DNA of 64,000 nt from an uncultured Clostridium sp. (GCA_904420465.1 CAJFVL010000002.1:1177-65176), one strand, 5' to 3'. Shown: positions 49,823 through 60,323, numbered from the stretch's first letter. Program-made: numbers and translations. Notes: generated by a model from the sequence alone, not told the origin.

Positions 49823-50224
49823 TCAGGTTTTGTGCCGGGGATTGCCGAAGGCGAAGGTGCGGTTGAGCAGAAACTGGACGGCGGCCACCACAAAGATTGA
49901 GGCAATTTTGACCGCCATAATACTGTCACATACCTGGCTTCCCGCCCACAGAATCAGCTGGGACAGGAGAAGCCCGAACAGGCCGGTGGCGTAAAACATC
50001 AGCATGCGGACCAGGGTGCGGTCGGTGGTTTTAAAATTGAACCGGCGGTTGCAGAGAAAGCTGCACAGCATGCCGCAGTGGACGGTAAGCACATTGGCTA
50101 TGTAAGGGTTCCAGGCCAGCGGACCGCACAGCAGGGCGAACAGAGCCGCATCCAGCCCGGAGGAGCATGCGCCAATCACGCCATATAAAAAGGCCTGCCG
50201 CAGAAAGGGCAGATAACGCTTCAT
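49823..50224 (-). CDS. GtrA family flippase
   Basis: ~133 aa, 4 TMs, YG.IG, SF..NR.F.F and FLLNR.F.F motifs. Confidence 0.88.
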   Translation of the reverse strand: MKRYLPFLRQAFLYGVIGACSSGLDAALFALLCGPLAWNPYIANVLTVHCGMLCSFLCNRRFNFKTTDRTLVRMLMFYATGLFGLLLSQLILWAGSQVCDSIMAVKIASIFVVAAVQFLLNRTFAFGNPRHKT

Positions 50225-50448
50225 TTGGGAGACTCCCTCCATACAGGGCAGGCGAACCCGCAGGTCCATCCGCCTCCTATTGTGGCAGTGCCTGGTTCAG
50301 GGAAACAGCACAGCCGGCGGAGTGCGCAGCGCTCCAAGCAAAAGGCTTTGCTGTGTCAGGCCAGCAGACATTATCATACACGAAATCCGAGCAAAAGGGA
50401 AGTCAATCGACCAAAATCTTTTGTAATTTTTCCATTCGGGCTGCGCTC

Positions 50449-50477
50449 TTGACAAATGGCGCCGAATTCCATACAAT
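50449..50477 (+). promoter_or_regulatory. sigmaA promoter for the HAD gene
   Basis: TTGACA-17 bp-TACAAT, followed by a long hairpin at 50488-50529. Confidence 0.75.
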
Positions 50478-50607
50478 GAGGTGAACCGAGCCGCAGCCCT
50501 TGAAAGCCCTGTTTCAAGGGCTGCGGCTCTGCCTGTTCTCCAACCAGCTGCCGCTGCAGTCCAGACCCGGTTCCATGGGCGAGGAGCGGAAAAGGGGGCG
50601 TACACAG

Positions 50608-51417
50608 ATGAGAAAATTTGACGGTCTGCTGCTGGTCAGCGACTTTGACGACACCTTGTATGACCACCAGCGCCGGATTCCGCAGCGGAACATTCAGGCA
50701 CTCCGGTATTTTCTGTCGGAGGGCGGACGCTTTACCGTGGCCACCGGCCGGGCCTGGCGCACCTTTTCCCCCTATGCGCAGCTGGCCCCCATCAATGCCC
50801 CCGTGGTGCTCTCCAACGGATCGGCTCTTTATGATTTTCAGGAAGGCCGGATGCTGAAGCAGACCTTTCTCCCCCTCAGTGCGCCGGAGGATCTGAGCGC
50901 GGTCCTGGATCAGTTTCCCACACTGGCCCTGGAGGCCTACTTCGGAGAGGACGTATATGTCCACCGTCCCAGCCCCATCACCTGGGCCCATTTGGAGAAG
51001 GTGGGCGTCCCCTGCACTCAGCTTCCCCCCGCCCGGGTTCCCCTTCCCTGGACCAAAGCCATGCTTCAGGAGGAACCCGGCCTGCTGCGGCAAGCGAGAG
51101 ACTGGTTTCTGTCGCGGTACGGCTGGGGGTACGAGGCCATTTTCTCCAACCCCTACTATCTGGAGATTACCCGGAAGGGGAGCACAAAGGGAGACATGGT
51201 GGCCGAAGTGGCCCGGATGCTGGATATCGCCCCGGAGCACATCTACTGCGTGGGGGACAATCAAAACGACATTCCCATGCTGGAGCAGTCGGCCATCCCC
51301 TTTGCCCCATCCAACTGCGCCCGGGAGGTTCGGGAGTGGGGGGCACGGATACTGTGCCACTGTGATGACGGAGTCATCGGCGACATTGTGGAGATTCTGG
51401 ACCGTCTGTACCCGTAA
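50608..51417 (+). CDS. Cof-type HAD-IIB hydrolase
   Basis: SDFDDTL, ATGR, NG, LEI....TKG and GD..ND.PM motifs. Confidence 0.92.
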   Translation: MRKFDGLLLVSDFDDTLYDHQRRIPQRNIQALRYFLSEGGRFTVATGRAWRTFSPYAQLAPINAPVVLSNGSALYDFQEGRMLKQTFLPLSAPEDLSAVLDQFPTLALEAYFGEDVYVHRPSPITWAHLEKVGVPCTQLPPARVPLPWTKAMLQEEPGLLRQARDWFLSRYGWGYEAIFSNPYYLEITRKGSTKGDMVAEVARMLDIAPEHIYCVGDNQNDIPMLEQSAIPFAPSNCAREVREWGARILCHCDDGVIGDIVEILDRLYP

Positions 51418-51553
51418 TACCGCAGGGCCGTCCTTATTTTCACCGCCGGCCGGACTGTCAGAGGACAAATTTTATGCCGCTGCTGCATGCGTCGGCATTT
51501 TCACAGGCTTTCGCGGCAGAAATACGAGGCCAGCCGCCTTTGACGGCTGGCCT

Positions 51554-51773
51554 CAGGCTGTCGAAAAAGTCTTGTCAGACTTTTTCACAGCCTGAAAATG
51601 CCGTTACTTTCCCACTGCTCCGCAGTGGGAAAGTCCCCGCTTCGCGGGCCGCACGCCCTGCACAGCAAGGCTTTGCGGGGCATTTGATTGGATTCGAGGC
51701 GGGCTTTGCCCCCTCGAGCTCCCCCTACGCTGTACAACTTTTTACTTCTGGAAGGGAGTTCTTCGACACGCTG
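51554..51773. mobile_element. 220-bp MITE-like element with 18-bp imperfect terminal inverted repeats and 28-bp target duplication
   Basis: Left end CAGGCTGTCGAAAAAGTC; right end reverse complement CAGCGTGTCGAAGAACTC (14/18). Flanked by exact copies of GAGGCCAGCCGCCTTTGACGGCTGGCCT at 51526-51553 and 51774-51801. Confidence 0.8.
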
Positions 51774-51877
51774 GAGGCCAGCCGCCTTTGACGGCTGGCC
51801 TTCCGTTTTTCAAACATCCCTTCTGTGAAAAGCTGCGCCCCGCTTATTCTCTCCCTTTCCCGGATGTTCCCTGCTTC

Positions 51878-53869
51878 TCAATCCTTGTGGTCCTCCGGAA
51901 CGGCACCCGATTTGTAGGCCTGGAGCAGACGGCGAAGGTCATTCGCCTGGGCCTGGAGCCTGCGGCCGATGTCAGTTTCGGCAATCTTCACTCTGGATTC
52001 CATCCGCTCAAAAATCAACGAGTCGTTGGCGATGTCGTGGTTGTGCAGGATGGCGTCCGTCCGTCCGGCAAAGGGCTGGTGGGAGACGATCCGGATATTG
52101 TGGGAGTTGTAAATCAGGGTGTATCCCGCAATGCCAGAGGTGGGCTGATAGGCCTTACAGAAGCCGCCGTCAATGACAATCAGCCGGCCTCCCCCCTTGA
52201 TGGGGCTCTCTCCCTTTTTGGCCTTTACCGGAATATGTCCATTGATAATATGACAGTGAGTCCCTTCCAGACCAAACTCCTTTAAAATCTTTTCACAGAC
52301 GGCCGGATCATTGTAAAGGGTATAGTAGCAATTTTTAGGCTCGGACCAGGCGCTCTCATCCTTGATAAGCCGCCGTTCAAAGGTGGTCATCCGGTCCCGG
52401 CCAAAGATGGGACTGTTCCGGCCGGCCCAGAGCCACCACAAAAAGTCCATTCCCAGCTGCCGCTCCTGGGAGCCCGGACTGTCATAATAGGCCTTGCGGG
52501 CGGTCTTTTCCGCATAGTCCAGAAAAGCCTTGCCCGAGCGCTCCTTGCCTCCAATGGTGAATGTGAGGAAATTCCCATCCTCAGCCATGGGGATACATCC
52601 ATGGAAAAGCAGATTTCCATTGAACACCTTGTACAGCCCGCCCTTGGAGTACAGGAAGCGCACATGGCTCTGCAGCTTCTCGCTGCGCTGGAAGGAGGCG
52701 GTAAGCTGGTCAATCACCTGGCTCTCCTCGTCGGTCAGCGTATAGGGGTCGGCCGGGTCTACCGTGGGGAAATCGCAGTCCTCCAGAGGGTAGGTCACCC
52801 CGCCGATTGTGATGCACCTGTTCTGGTAGTCGATCTTGTCCAGCAGCAGCCGGTCCTCCATTCCAAACTCCGGATGGCGCAGGATCTTCTGTCCCTCCAG
52901 CTTAAAGAGAATGACCGTAATGGCCTTATGCATCCGTGCGGAGAGCAGCCTGTCCTTTTCGCTGTACTGCTCGGCATCGTCGCCTGTGAGCTTGACCGCA
53001 AAGCGGCGGGTGTCGCAGTCTCTGTATACCTCGTTGGCAAAAATGGACAAAGGCCGCAGAGAAATGCCGTAGCCCGTCTCGATGACGTCCAGGTTGTTAT
53101 AGTGGATGGAATTGGCCAGCACGGTTGCCACCAGAGTTCGGGAGCCGGAGGCCGCCCCCATCCACAGTACATCGTGGTTCCCCCACTGGATATCCACACT
53201 GTGGTAGTCCAGCAGAGAGTCCATAATAATGTCCGCCCGGGGCCCCCGGTCGAAGATATCTCCCACAATGTGCAGGTGGTCCACCGCCATCCGCTTGATG
53301 ACGGAGCACACTGCCTCGATAAAGCCGGGGGCCTGGTCAATGTCAATAATGGTGTTGATAATGTTTTCGTAGTAGTCCCGCTTATCCTCCTCATTGTAAT
53401 GGGTGTGGAGCAGCTCGTCGATGATGTAGGCGTAATCCTTGGGCAAAGCCTTGCGCACCTTGGAGCGGGTGTACTTGGAAGAAACCCACCGGCACAGTTC
53501 CATCAACCGATGGAGCGTGATGCGGTACCATTCCTGCAGGTCCTTTGTCTCCCGTCGGACCAGCTCCAGCTTCTCCTCCGGGTAGTAGATCAGGGTGGCC
53601 AGCTCATCCCGCTCCGCCCGGGTCAGGCTGGTGCTGAAAATTTCGTCCAGCTTCTCCTTCACCACACCGGAGCAGGAGTTCAGGATGTGGAGGAAGGCCT
53701 CATATTCTCCGTGGATATCAGAAATGAAGTGCTCGGTGCCCTTGGGCAGGTTCATGATGGCCTGAAGATTGATGATCTCTGTGCTGGCCGCCTGCACAGT
53801 GGGGTACTGCCGGGCCAGCAGACGCAGATAGCGCAGCTCCTCCGCGCCGAACGTACTTTTGGACTTCAT
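51878..53869 (-). CDS. fbp: Fructose-1,6-bisphosphatase class III (Firmicutes type)
   Basis: LPKGTEHFISDIHGEY, GDIFDRGP, QWGNHD, HGCIP and IDGGF.KAY...GIAGYTL motifs. Confidence 0.97.
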   Translation of the reverse strand: MKSKSTFGAEELRYLRLLARQYPTVQAASTEIINLQAIMNLPKGTEHFISDIHGEYEAFLHILNSCSGVVKEKLDEIFSTSLTRAERDELATLIYYPEEKLELVRRETKDLQEWYRITLHRLMELCRWVSSKYTRSKVRKALPKDYAYIIDELLHTHYNEEDKRDYYENIINTIIDIDQAPGFIEAVCSVIKRMAVDHLHIVGDIFDRGPRADIIMDSLLDYHSVDIQWGNHDVLWMGAASGSRTLVATVLANSIHYNNLDVIETGYGISLRPLSIFANEVYRDCDTRRFAVKLTGDDAEQYSEKDRLLSARMHKAITVILFKLEGQKILRHPEFGMEDRLLLDKIDYQNRCITIGGVTYPLEDCDFPTVDPADPYTLTDEESQVIDQLTASFQRSEKLQSHVRFLYSKGGLYKVFNGNLLFHGCIPMAEDGNFLTFTIGGKERSGKAFLDYAEKTARKAYYDSPGSQERQLGMDFLWWLWAGRNSPIFGRDRMTTFERRLIKDESAWSEPKNCYYTLYNDPAVCEKILKEFGLEGTHCHIINGHIPVKAKKGESPIKGGGRLIVIDGGFCKAYQPTSGIAGYTLIYNSHNIRIVSHQPFAGRTDAILHNHDIANDSLIFERMESRVKIAETDIGRRLQAQANDLRRLLQAYKSGAVPEDHKD

Positions 53870-53909
53870 GGGACGCCTCCTTCTCAGAATCAAACGCTGG
53901 GGCAAAACC

Positions 53910-53938
53910 ATTATGGCATATTTTTTCACCCTTGACAA
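53910..53938 (-). promoter_or_regulatory. Putative sigmaA promoter for fbp
   Basis: TTGTCA-17 bp-CATAAT with TG extension. Confidence 0.6.
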
Positions 53939-54349
53939 CGGTTATATGACATATCTGAGTTCTGTGTCCATCCCCTGGCTGACTCACCGGGATGGAGGGG
54001 CGGGCTGACTTTCGATGCACAATCCGCCAAACGCCGCCCCCCCATCCATGACGGGTAAAACCCACCAAAAAGCGCCTCGTCTTTTCAGCCTTCCGGTATT
54101 GTGAGATTATGAACAGCAGGCAATTCCCGGGCTGTAAGCCGGAGCATACCTCACATCTCTCTCGGTTTGCAAAATACCCTGTTTGTGATTCAGTATACCA
54201 CATCGTTTCATACGGATGCAGTTCACCATGTTCATCATGTAATCGACCGCTTTAAAGAAATCTTGATTCCTGAACCCCCGCCGCAGACGCTTCTTCTGCC
54301 ATAAAACAGGCGGATCAAAAAATACAGCCGCCTGGAGCCGGCTCCACGA

Positions 54350-54378
54350 TTGACAGGCATTTATTCAGATGATATGCT
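54350..54378 (+). promoter_or_regulatory. sigmaA promoter for the aldo/keto reductase
   Basis: TTGACA-17 bp-TATGCT with TG extension. Confidence 0.7.
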
Positions 54379-54439
54379 GGTACAAAATCCAGAGCGGCTG
54401 TTCTCAGCCGCTCTGAAAAACTGTGAGGAGCGTATCAGA

Positions 54440-55540
54440 ATGGAATACCGCATCAACCGCCGCACTGGAGACCGGATCGGAACCCTTGGTCTGGGAAGCA
54501 GCTCCATCGCGGAGGCAGGGGAGGCGGAAGGGATCTCAACCCTCCGCCTGGCCTATGAAAAGGGAATCAACTACTTCGACCTGGCCACCGCGGAATCGGT
54601 GAATTTCTCCACCTTCGGGAAGGCCTTGGGCGACGTCCGGAACAAGGTCTTTTACCAGATTCATTTCGGAGCCGTCTATGGAAAGGGGAAAAGCTATGGC
54701 TGGACCACCAACCTGAGTGACGTCCAGCGCTCGGTGGACTGGCAGCTGAAGGCCCTGAACACCGATTATATTGATTACGGCTTCATCCACTGTCTGGACG
54801 AGGCCTCTGATTGGAACGCATACCAGGAAAACGGCGTACTGGATTATCTGCTGGAGCAGAAAAGGTCGGGAGTGGTACGTCACATCGGCTTGAGCTCCCA
54901 CACCCCCAGCCTTATTGAACGGGTTCTGGACACCGGGCTCGTGGACATGCTCATGTTCAGCATCAACCCCGCCTACGACTACCAGCACGGGGAGTATGCC
55001 AACGGCAGCGGCTCGGAACGCACTGCCCTCTACCGCCGGTGTGCGGCTGAAGGAATCGGCATCTCTGTGATGAAGCCCTTCTCCTCCGGCCAGCTGCTGG
55101 ACAAAAAAACCTCCCCCTTCGGAACGGCCCTCACCGAGTACCAGTGCCTCCAGTACGCCCTGGACCGGCCCGGGGTGCTCACCGTCCTGCCCGGTGTGCG
55201 CGGGAAGGACGACCTGGAGTGCCTGCTGGGCTTCTTTGAGGCCTCCGCCGGAGAGCGGGACTACTCCGCCATCAGCTCCCTAACGCCCCGGGACATGGAG
55301 GGGGTCTGCGTCTACTGCAACCACTGTCAGCCCTGTCCGGGCGGGCTGGACATCGGCCTGATCAACAAATACTACGACCTGGCCCGGGCGGGGGACGCCC
55401 TGGCTGCCGACCACTACCGCACTCTGTCGGTCAGGGCCGATTCCTGCATCGCCTGCGGCCACTGCAACAGCCGCTGTCCCTTCCATGTGGACCAGGTGGG
55501 ACGGATGGAGGAGATTGTCCACTGGTTCGCAAAGGCCTGA
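54440..55540 (+). CDS. Aldo/keto reductase with C-terminal 4Fe-4S domain
   Basis: GINYFD.A, TDYID, IGLSSH and VMKPF motifs, plus CVYCNHCQPCP and CIACGHCNSRCP. Confidence 0.92.
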   Translation: MEYRINRRTGDRIGTLGLGSSSIAEAGEAEGISTLRLAYEKGINYFDLATAESVNFSTFGKALGDVRNKVFYQIHFGAVYGKGKSYGWTTNLSDVQRSVDWQLKALNTDYIDYGFIHCLDEASDWNAYQENGVLDYLLEQKRSGVVRHIGLSSHTPSLIERVLDTGLVDMLMFSINPAYDYQHGEYANGSGSERTALYRRCAAEGIGISVMKPFSSGQLLDKKTSPFGTALTEYQCLQYALDRPGVLTVLPGVRGKDDLECLLGFFEASAGERDYSAISSLTPRDMEGVCVYCNHCQPCPGGLDIGLINKYYDLARAGDALAADHYRTLSVRADSCIACGHCNSRCPFHVDQVGRMEEIVHWFAKA

Positions 55541-55738
55541 CCTTCCCCTGCCTGGTTCTCACCCCTTCCTGAATCAACCATCTATTTTCTCCCTTTCAGC
55601 ACACTGTGCGCCCACCCGTCTCTCCAGACGGGCGGGCGCATTTTATTCTTCTCCGCCTTATGTGTGTTTGTCACAGACCCGCCGCCCTGTTTTCTGGTAT
55701 CCTGTGGCCAAAGCTGAACTGAGAGGTGGCAAATTTTC

Positions 55739-55951
55739 ATGACAGGGATTGGAACAAAGCTCCGAAAGCGCGCTTTTGTGGACGCCCGCTTCTGTGTGGC
55801 CTGCGGCTGCTGCGTCAAGGTCTGCCCCGTGTCCGCGATCTCCATTTCCCGCGGCGTCACGGCCCAGGCGGACCCGGAGAAGTGTGTGGGCTGCGGCCGG
55901 TGCGTCCGTGAATGTCCGGCCTCGGTCATCGAGCTGAAGGAGACTGCATGA
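55739..55951 (+). CDS. 2x[4Fe-4S] ferredoxin
   Basis: CVACGCCVKVCP and CVGCGRCVRECP motifs. Confidence 0.92.
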   Translation: MTGIGTKLRKRAFVDARFCVACGCCVKVCPVSAISISRGVTAQADPEKCVGCGRCVRECPASVIELKETA

Positions 55952-56523
55952 TGAAAAAGCGGTGGTATGACTATCTGTGGATTGTCTCGCTGACCTATCT
56001 GCTTCTGGGATTTTTCAATATTCTGTTCGCCTGGCTGGGTCTGCTGTGCTTTTTCATTCCGCTGATCATCTCAGTTGTCCAGGGCACCAAGGGCTACTGC
56101 AACCGCTACTGCGGCCGGGGCCAGCTGTTCAGCCTGCTGGGAGGGCGTTTTGGTCTCTCCCGCCGCCGGGACGTCCCCCGCTGGATGAAGAGCCGCGCCT
56201 TCCGCTATGGCTTTTTGGCCTTTTTTCTGCTGATGTTCCTTCAGATGCTGTGGACCACCGTCCTGGTATTCTCCGGAGCCCGGGACCTGAACCAGGCAGT
56301 CACTCTGCTGTGGACCTTCCAGCTGCCCTGGGACTGGGCCTATCACGGCACTCTGTTCTCTCCCGGCGCGGCCCAGTTCGCCTTTGGCTTTTATGGGGTG
56401 ATGCTCACCTCCACGGTGCTGGGGCTGGCCACCATGGTTTTGTTCAAGCCCCGCTCCTGGTGTGTCTATTGCCCCATGGGGACCATGACGCAGCTGATCT
56501 GCCGAGCCAAAAACCGCCCCTGA
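55948..56523 (+). CDS. Membrane protein with Fe-S binding motifs (NapH/Fer4_5-like)
   Basis: YCNRYCGRG and WCVYCPMG motifs, TM segments; overlaps the ferredoxin stop codon. Confidence 0.82.
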   Translation: MMKKRWYDYLWIVSLTYLLLGFFNILFAWLGLLCFFIPLIISVVQGTKGYCNRYCGRGQLFSLLGGRFGLSRRRDVPRWMKSRAFRYGFLAFFLLMFLQMLWTTVLVFSGARDLNQAVTLLWTFQLPWDWAYHGTLFSPGAAQFAFGFYGVMLTSTVLGLATMVLFKPRSWCVYCPMGTMTQLICRAKNRP

Positions 56524-56598
56524 TCCCAGCCTTTTTGCTAAAATATCCCCCTCCCTTTTGGTCGTCCTGACAATCTTTTTTTGTTCCGGTTTCCTATA

Positions 56599-56628
56599 CT
56601 TGACTTTTTTTATCAAGAATGATATGGT
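56599..56628 (+). promoter_or_regulatory. rrf2 promoter with overlapping candidate operator
   Basis: TTGACT-17 bp-TATGGT; dyad CTTGAC-N7-ATCAAG at 56599-56617. Confidence 0.6.
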
Positions 56629-56664
56629 GGAATCACCTGAAAGCTTCAGATGGGGGGAAGCATT

Positions 56665-57075
56665 TTGGTCATTACCCGGGAAACGGACTATGCCCTGCGC
56701 ATTCTGCGGTCCCTTCTGGACGGTGAGCTGCACACTGTGGGCAGCATTGCCCAGGAGGAGCTGCTCCCGCAGCCCTTCGCCTACAAGATCATCAAAAAGC
56801 TGTCCAAGGCCGGGCTGATCCAAATTGTCCGGGGAACCTCCGGCGGGTGCCGTCTGGCCGCTTCCCTCTCCCAGGTCACTTTGTATGACCTGCTGCAGGC
56901 CACCGGGGAGCGGAGCAGCCTCTCCGCCTGCATGGAGCCGGGCTATCAGTGCCCCTGGCGGGAGGGCCACGGCGGCTGCACGCCGCACCGCCAGCTGGCC
57001 GCTATCCAGCACAAGCTGGACCAGGAGCTGCGGGCTCACAGCCTGCTGGAAATTTTGACCGGACAGACACTTTGA
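56665..57075 (+). CDS. Rrf2 family regulator (3-Cys Fe-S type)
   Basis: ITRETDYALR, RG.SGG.RL and a C-terminal C..C..C cluster. Confidence 0.92.
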   Translation: MVITRETDYALRILRSLLDGELHTVGSIAQEELLPQPFAYKIIKKLSKAGLIQIVRGTSGGCRLAASLSQVTLYDLLQATGERSSLSACMEPGYQCPWREGHGGCTPHRQLAAIQHKLDQELRAHSLLEILTGQTL

Positions 57076-57090
57076 TCGTTTTCCCTTAAA

Positions 57091-57109
57091 CTGGATAAAT
57101 TTTATCAAA
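57091..57109. promoter_or_regulatory. Second candidate Rrf2 operator upstream of the ACAD fusion
   Basis: CTGGAT-N7-ATCAAA, same geometry as 56599-56617. Confidence 0.5.
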
Positions 57110-57140
57110 TTTTAAAGAAGAGCAAAAGGAGGTAGCTGCT

Positions 57141-59051
57141 ATGTTGTTTCAGACCACCCCGGCCCACGAGGAACTGCGGGCCAAGATCCGCGCCTTTGCG
57201 GAGGAGGAGATCAAGCCCATTGCCTTTATGCTGGACCAGCAGAACGAATTTCCGGAGGAAGCGATCCGAAAGCTGGGGGAAATGGGCCTGATGGGGATTC
57301 CCTACCCCAAGGAGTACGGCGGCGCCGGATTGGATGCCCTGAGCTACGCCATCGCGGTGGAGGAGCTGGCGAGGGTGGACGGCGGCGCGGGGGTCATCCT
57401 CTCCGCCCATGTGTCCCTGGGCTCCTGGCCCATCTTCGCCTTCGGCACCGAGGAGCAGAAGCAGAAGTACCTGGTTCCCCTGGCCAGGGGCGAGAAGATC
57501 GGCGCCTTCGGCCTGACCGAGCCCAACGCCGGCTCTGATGCCGGCGGCACCGAGACCACCGCAGTCCTCAAGGGGGACCACTACATTTTGAATGGCGGCA
57601 AGATCTTCATCACCAACGCCCCCAAGGCGGACACCTATGTGGTCTTTGCCGTCACCACTCCCGACATCGGCACCCGGGGCATCTCCGCCTTCATCGTGGA
57701 GAAGGGCTGGAAGGGCTTCTACTTCGGCGACCACTATGACAAGATGGGCATCCGCTCCTCCTCCACCGCCGAGCTGATCTTCGACAATGTGGAGGTTCCC
57801 AAGGAGAACCTGCTGGGCAAGGAGGGCCAGGGCTTCAAGATTGCCATGGCCACCCTGGACGGCGGCCGCATCGGCATCGCGGCCCAGGCTCTGGGCATCG
57901 CCCAGGGAGCATACGAGAACGCCGTGGCCTACGCCAAGGAGCGCATCCAGTTCGGCAAGCCCATCGCCTTCCAGCAGGCGATCTCCTTTAAAATTGCCGA
58001 CATGGCCACCAAGCTGCGCTGTGCCCGGTTCCTGGTGTACTCCGCCGCCGAGCTGAAGGAGGAGCACGCCCCCTATGGCATGGAGTCGGCCATGGCCAAG
58101 ATGTACGCCTCCGACATCGCCCTGGAGGTGACCAACGACGCCCTGCAGATTCACGGCGGCGCCGGCTTTATGAAGGGCATGGAGGTGGAGCGGGCCTACC
58201 GGGATGCCAAGATCACCACCATCTACGAGGGGACCAACGAGGTCCAGCGGGTGGTCATCGCCTCCCACATCCTGGGCAAGGAGCCCAAGGGCGAGGGCGG
58301 CTCCTCCAGCCGGCCCAAGAAGCCCGCTCCCATCACCGGGGTGCGCAAGAAGCTGATCCTCCGGGACGGCACCGCCCAGGAGAAGGTGGAGGCTCTGGTG
58401 GAGCACCTGAAGCGCGACGGCCACGACTTCACCGTGGGCATCGCCCTGGACACCCCCATCAACCAGGCTGAGCGGGTGGTCTCCGCCGGCAAGGGCATCG
58501 GGGACAAGAAGAACATGAAGCTGATCGAGGAGCTGGCCAAAGCCGCCGGCGCCGCCGTCGGCTCCTCCCGCCCGGTGGCTGAGACGCTGAAGTATGTCCC
58601 CCTCAACCGCTATGTGGGGATGTCCGGCCAGAAGTTCTCGGGCAACCTGTACATCGCCTGCGGCATCTCCGGCGCGGTGCAGCACCTGAAGGGCATCAAG
58701 GACGCCTCCACCATTGTGGCCATCAACACCAACGCCGGCGCCCCCATCTTTAAAAACTGCGACTACGGCATTGTGGGCGACGTGAAGGAGATCCTGCCCC
58801 TGCTGGCCGCCGCCCTGGACACCGGAGAGAAGCAGCCCGCGCCCCCCATGGTCAAGATGAAGCGGCCCCGTCCGCCCAAGGAGGCCCCCATCGGCAAGCG
58901 GTACGTCTGCGGCGGCTGCGGCTATGAGTACGTCCCCGAGCTGGGCGACCCGGACGCCGACATTGTCCCCGGCACCCTGTTCGAGAAGCTGCCCGAGGAC
59001 TGGGTCTGCCCCGAGTGCGCCGAGGCCAAGGAACACTTCATCCAGGCCTAA
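57141..59051 (+). CDS. Acyl-CoA dehydrogenase-ETF alpha C-terminal-rubredoxin fusion (butyryl-CoA:O2 oxidoreductase-like)
   Basis: ACAD ([22 protein letters not shown]), ETF-alpha FAD domain ([16 protein letters not shown]) and rubredoxin ([18 protein letters not shown]) in one ORF. Confidence 0.92.
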   Translation: MLFQTTPAHEELRAKIRAFAEEEIKPIAFMLDQQNEFPEEAIRKLGEMGLMGIPYPKEYGGAGLDALSYAIAVEELARVDGGAGVILSAHVSLGSWPIFAFGTEEQKQKYLVPLARGEKIGAFGLTEPNAGSDAGGTETTAVLKGDHYILNGGKIFITNAPKADTYVVFAVTTPDIGTRGISAFIVEKGWKGFYFGDHYDKMGIRSSSTAELIFDNVEVPKENLLGKEGQGFKIAMATLDGGRIGIAAQALGIAQGAYENAVAYAKERIQFGKPIAFQQAISFKIADMATKLRCARFLVYSAAELKEEHAPYGMESAMAKMYASDIALEVTNDALQIHGGAGFMKGMEVERAYRDAKITTIYEGTNEVQRVVIASHILGKEPKGEGGSSSRPKKPAPITGVRKKLILRDGTAQEKVEALVEHLKRDGHDFTVGIALDTPINQAERVVSAGKGIGDKKNMKLIEELAKAAGAAVGSSRPVAETLKYVPLNRYVGMSGQKFSGNLYIACGISGAVQHLKGIKDASTIVAINTNAGAPIFKNCDYGIVGDVKEILPLLAAALDTGEKQPAPPMVKMKRPRPPKEAPIGKRYVCGGCGYEYVPELGDPDADIVPGTLFEKLPEDWVCPECAEAKEHFIQA

Positions 59052-59085
59052 CCGCCTGCCGACGACAAAATAAGGAGGATCGACT

Positions 59086-60300
59086 ATGCATTGCGTGAGA
59101 ACTGTCACCGATAACCTCTACTGGGTAGGGGCCAACGACCACCGCCTGACCCTGTTCGAAAACATCCACCCCATTCCCAGGGGAGTGAGCTATAACGCCT
59201 ATCTGCTGCTGGACGAGAAGTCCGTGCTGTTCGACACAGTGGACTGGTCGGCCTGCCGCCAGCTGCTGGAGAACATCGAGTATCTGCTGGCCGGCAAGCC
59301 TCTGGACTACCTGGTCATCAACCACATGGAGCCCGATCACGGCGCCTCCATCGAGGAAATCCTGCTGCGCTACCCCGAGGTGAAGATCATCTCCACCGAA
59401 AAGGCCTTCATGCTCATGCACCAGTTCGGCTTCCACATTGACAGCCACGAGCGCATCGAGGTGAAGGAGGGAGACAGCTACTCCTTCGGCGCCCACAACG
59501 TCACCTTTGTGGGGGCCCCCATGGTCCACTGGCCCGAGGCTATGGTCACCTTTGACACCACCAACGGCGTCCTCTTCTCCGCCGACGCCTTCGGCTCCTT
59601 CATCGCCCTGGACGGCAAGCTGTTTGCCGACGAGGTCAACTTCGACCGGGACTGGATTGACGAGGCCCGGCGGTATCTGACCAACATTGTGGGCAAGTAC
59701 GGCCCCCACATCCAGCTGCTGCTGGGCAAGGCCGCCGGCATCCTGGACCAGATCAAGTATATCTGCCCCCTCCACGGTCCCGTGTGGCGCAAGGACCTGG
59801 GCTATTTCATCGACAAGTACGACAAGTGGAGCCGCTATGAGCCCGAGGTGAAGGGCGTGCTCATCGTCTACGCCTCCATGTACGGCAATACCGAGGCCGC
59901 CGCCCAGGCCCTGGCCGCCAAGCTGTGCGAGCGCGGGATTACCGACGTGGCCCTGTACGACGTATCCAACACCCATGTGTCCTACCTGATCTCGGAGAGC
60001 TTCAAGTACAGCCACATTGTGCTGGCCTCCGTCACCTACAACCTGGGGATCTACCCGGTGATGAAGAACTACCTGGAGGACATGAAGGCCCTGAACCTGC
60101 AGAACCGCACCTTCGCCATCATCGAAAACGGCTCCTGGGCCTGCAAGTCGGGGGACCTGATGCAGAAGTTTATCGACGAGGAGCTGAAGAACATGACCGT
60201 TCTCAACGAGCGGCTGAGTCTCGCCTCCTCCCTCCACGAGGAGAAGGCCGCCGAGCTGGATATGCTGGCTGACGCGATTGCGGAGTCAGTTCAGGAATAA
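59086..60300 (+). CDS. fprA: Flavodiiron protein (FprA/A-type flavoprotein)
   Basis: NHMEPDH, HWPE, SADAFG, PLHG and flavodoxin YASMYGNT motifs. Confidence 0.95.
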   Translation: MHCVRTVTDNLYWVGANDHRLTLFENIHPIPRGVSYNAYLLLDEKSVLFDTVDWSACRQLLENIEYLLAGKPLDYLVINHMEPDHGASIEEILLRYPEVKIISTEKAFMLMHQFGFHIDSHERIEVKEGDSYSFGAHNVTFVGAPMVHWPEAMVTFDTTNGVLFSADAFGSFIALDGKLFADEVNFDRDWIDEARRYLTNIVGKYGPHIQLLLGKAAGILDQIKYICPLHGPVWRKDLGYFIDKYDKWSRYEPEVKGVLIVYASMYGNTEAAAQALAAKLCERGITDVALYDVSNTHVSYLISESFKYSHIVLASVTYNLGIYPVMKNYLEDMKALNLQNRTFAIIENGSWACKSGDLMQKFIDEELKNMTVLNERLSLASSLHEEKAAELDMLADAIAESVQE

Positions 60301-60323
60301 CCTCTCCCCTCCTCATATAGAAG

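Noticed and set aside
53940-54340. Structured ncRNA or small gene between fbp and the aldo/keto reductase
   Set aside because: Only scattered short hairpins; no recognisable family, RBS or terminator.
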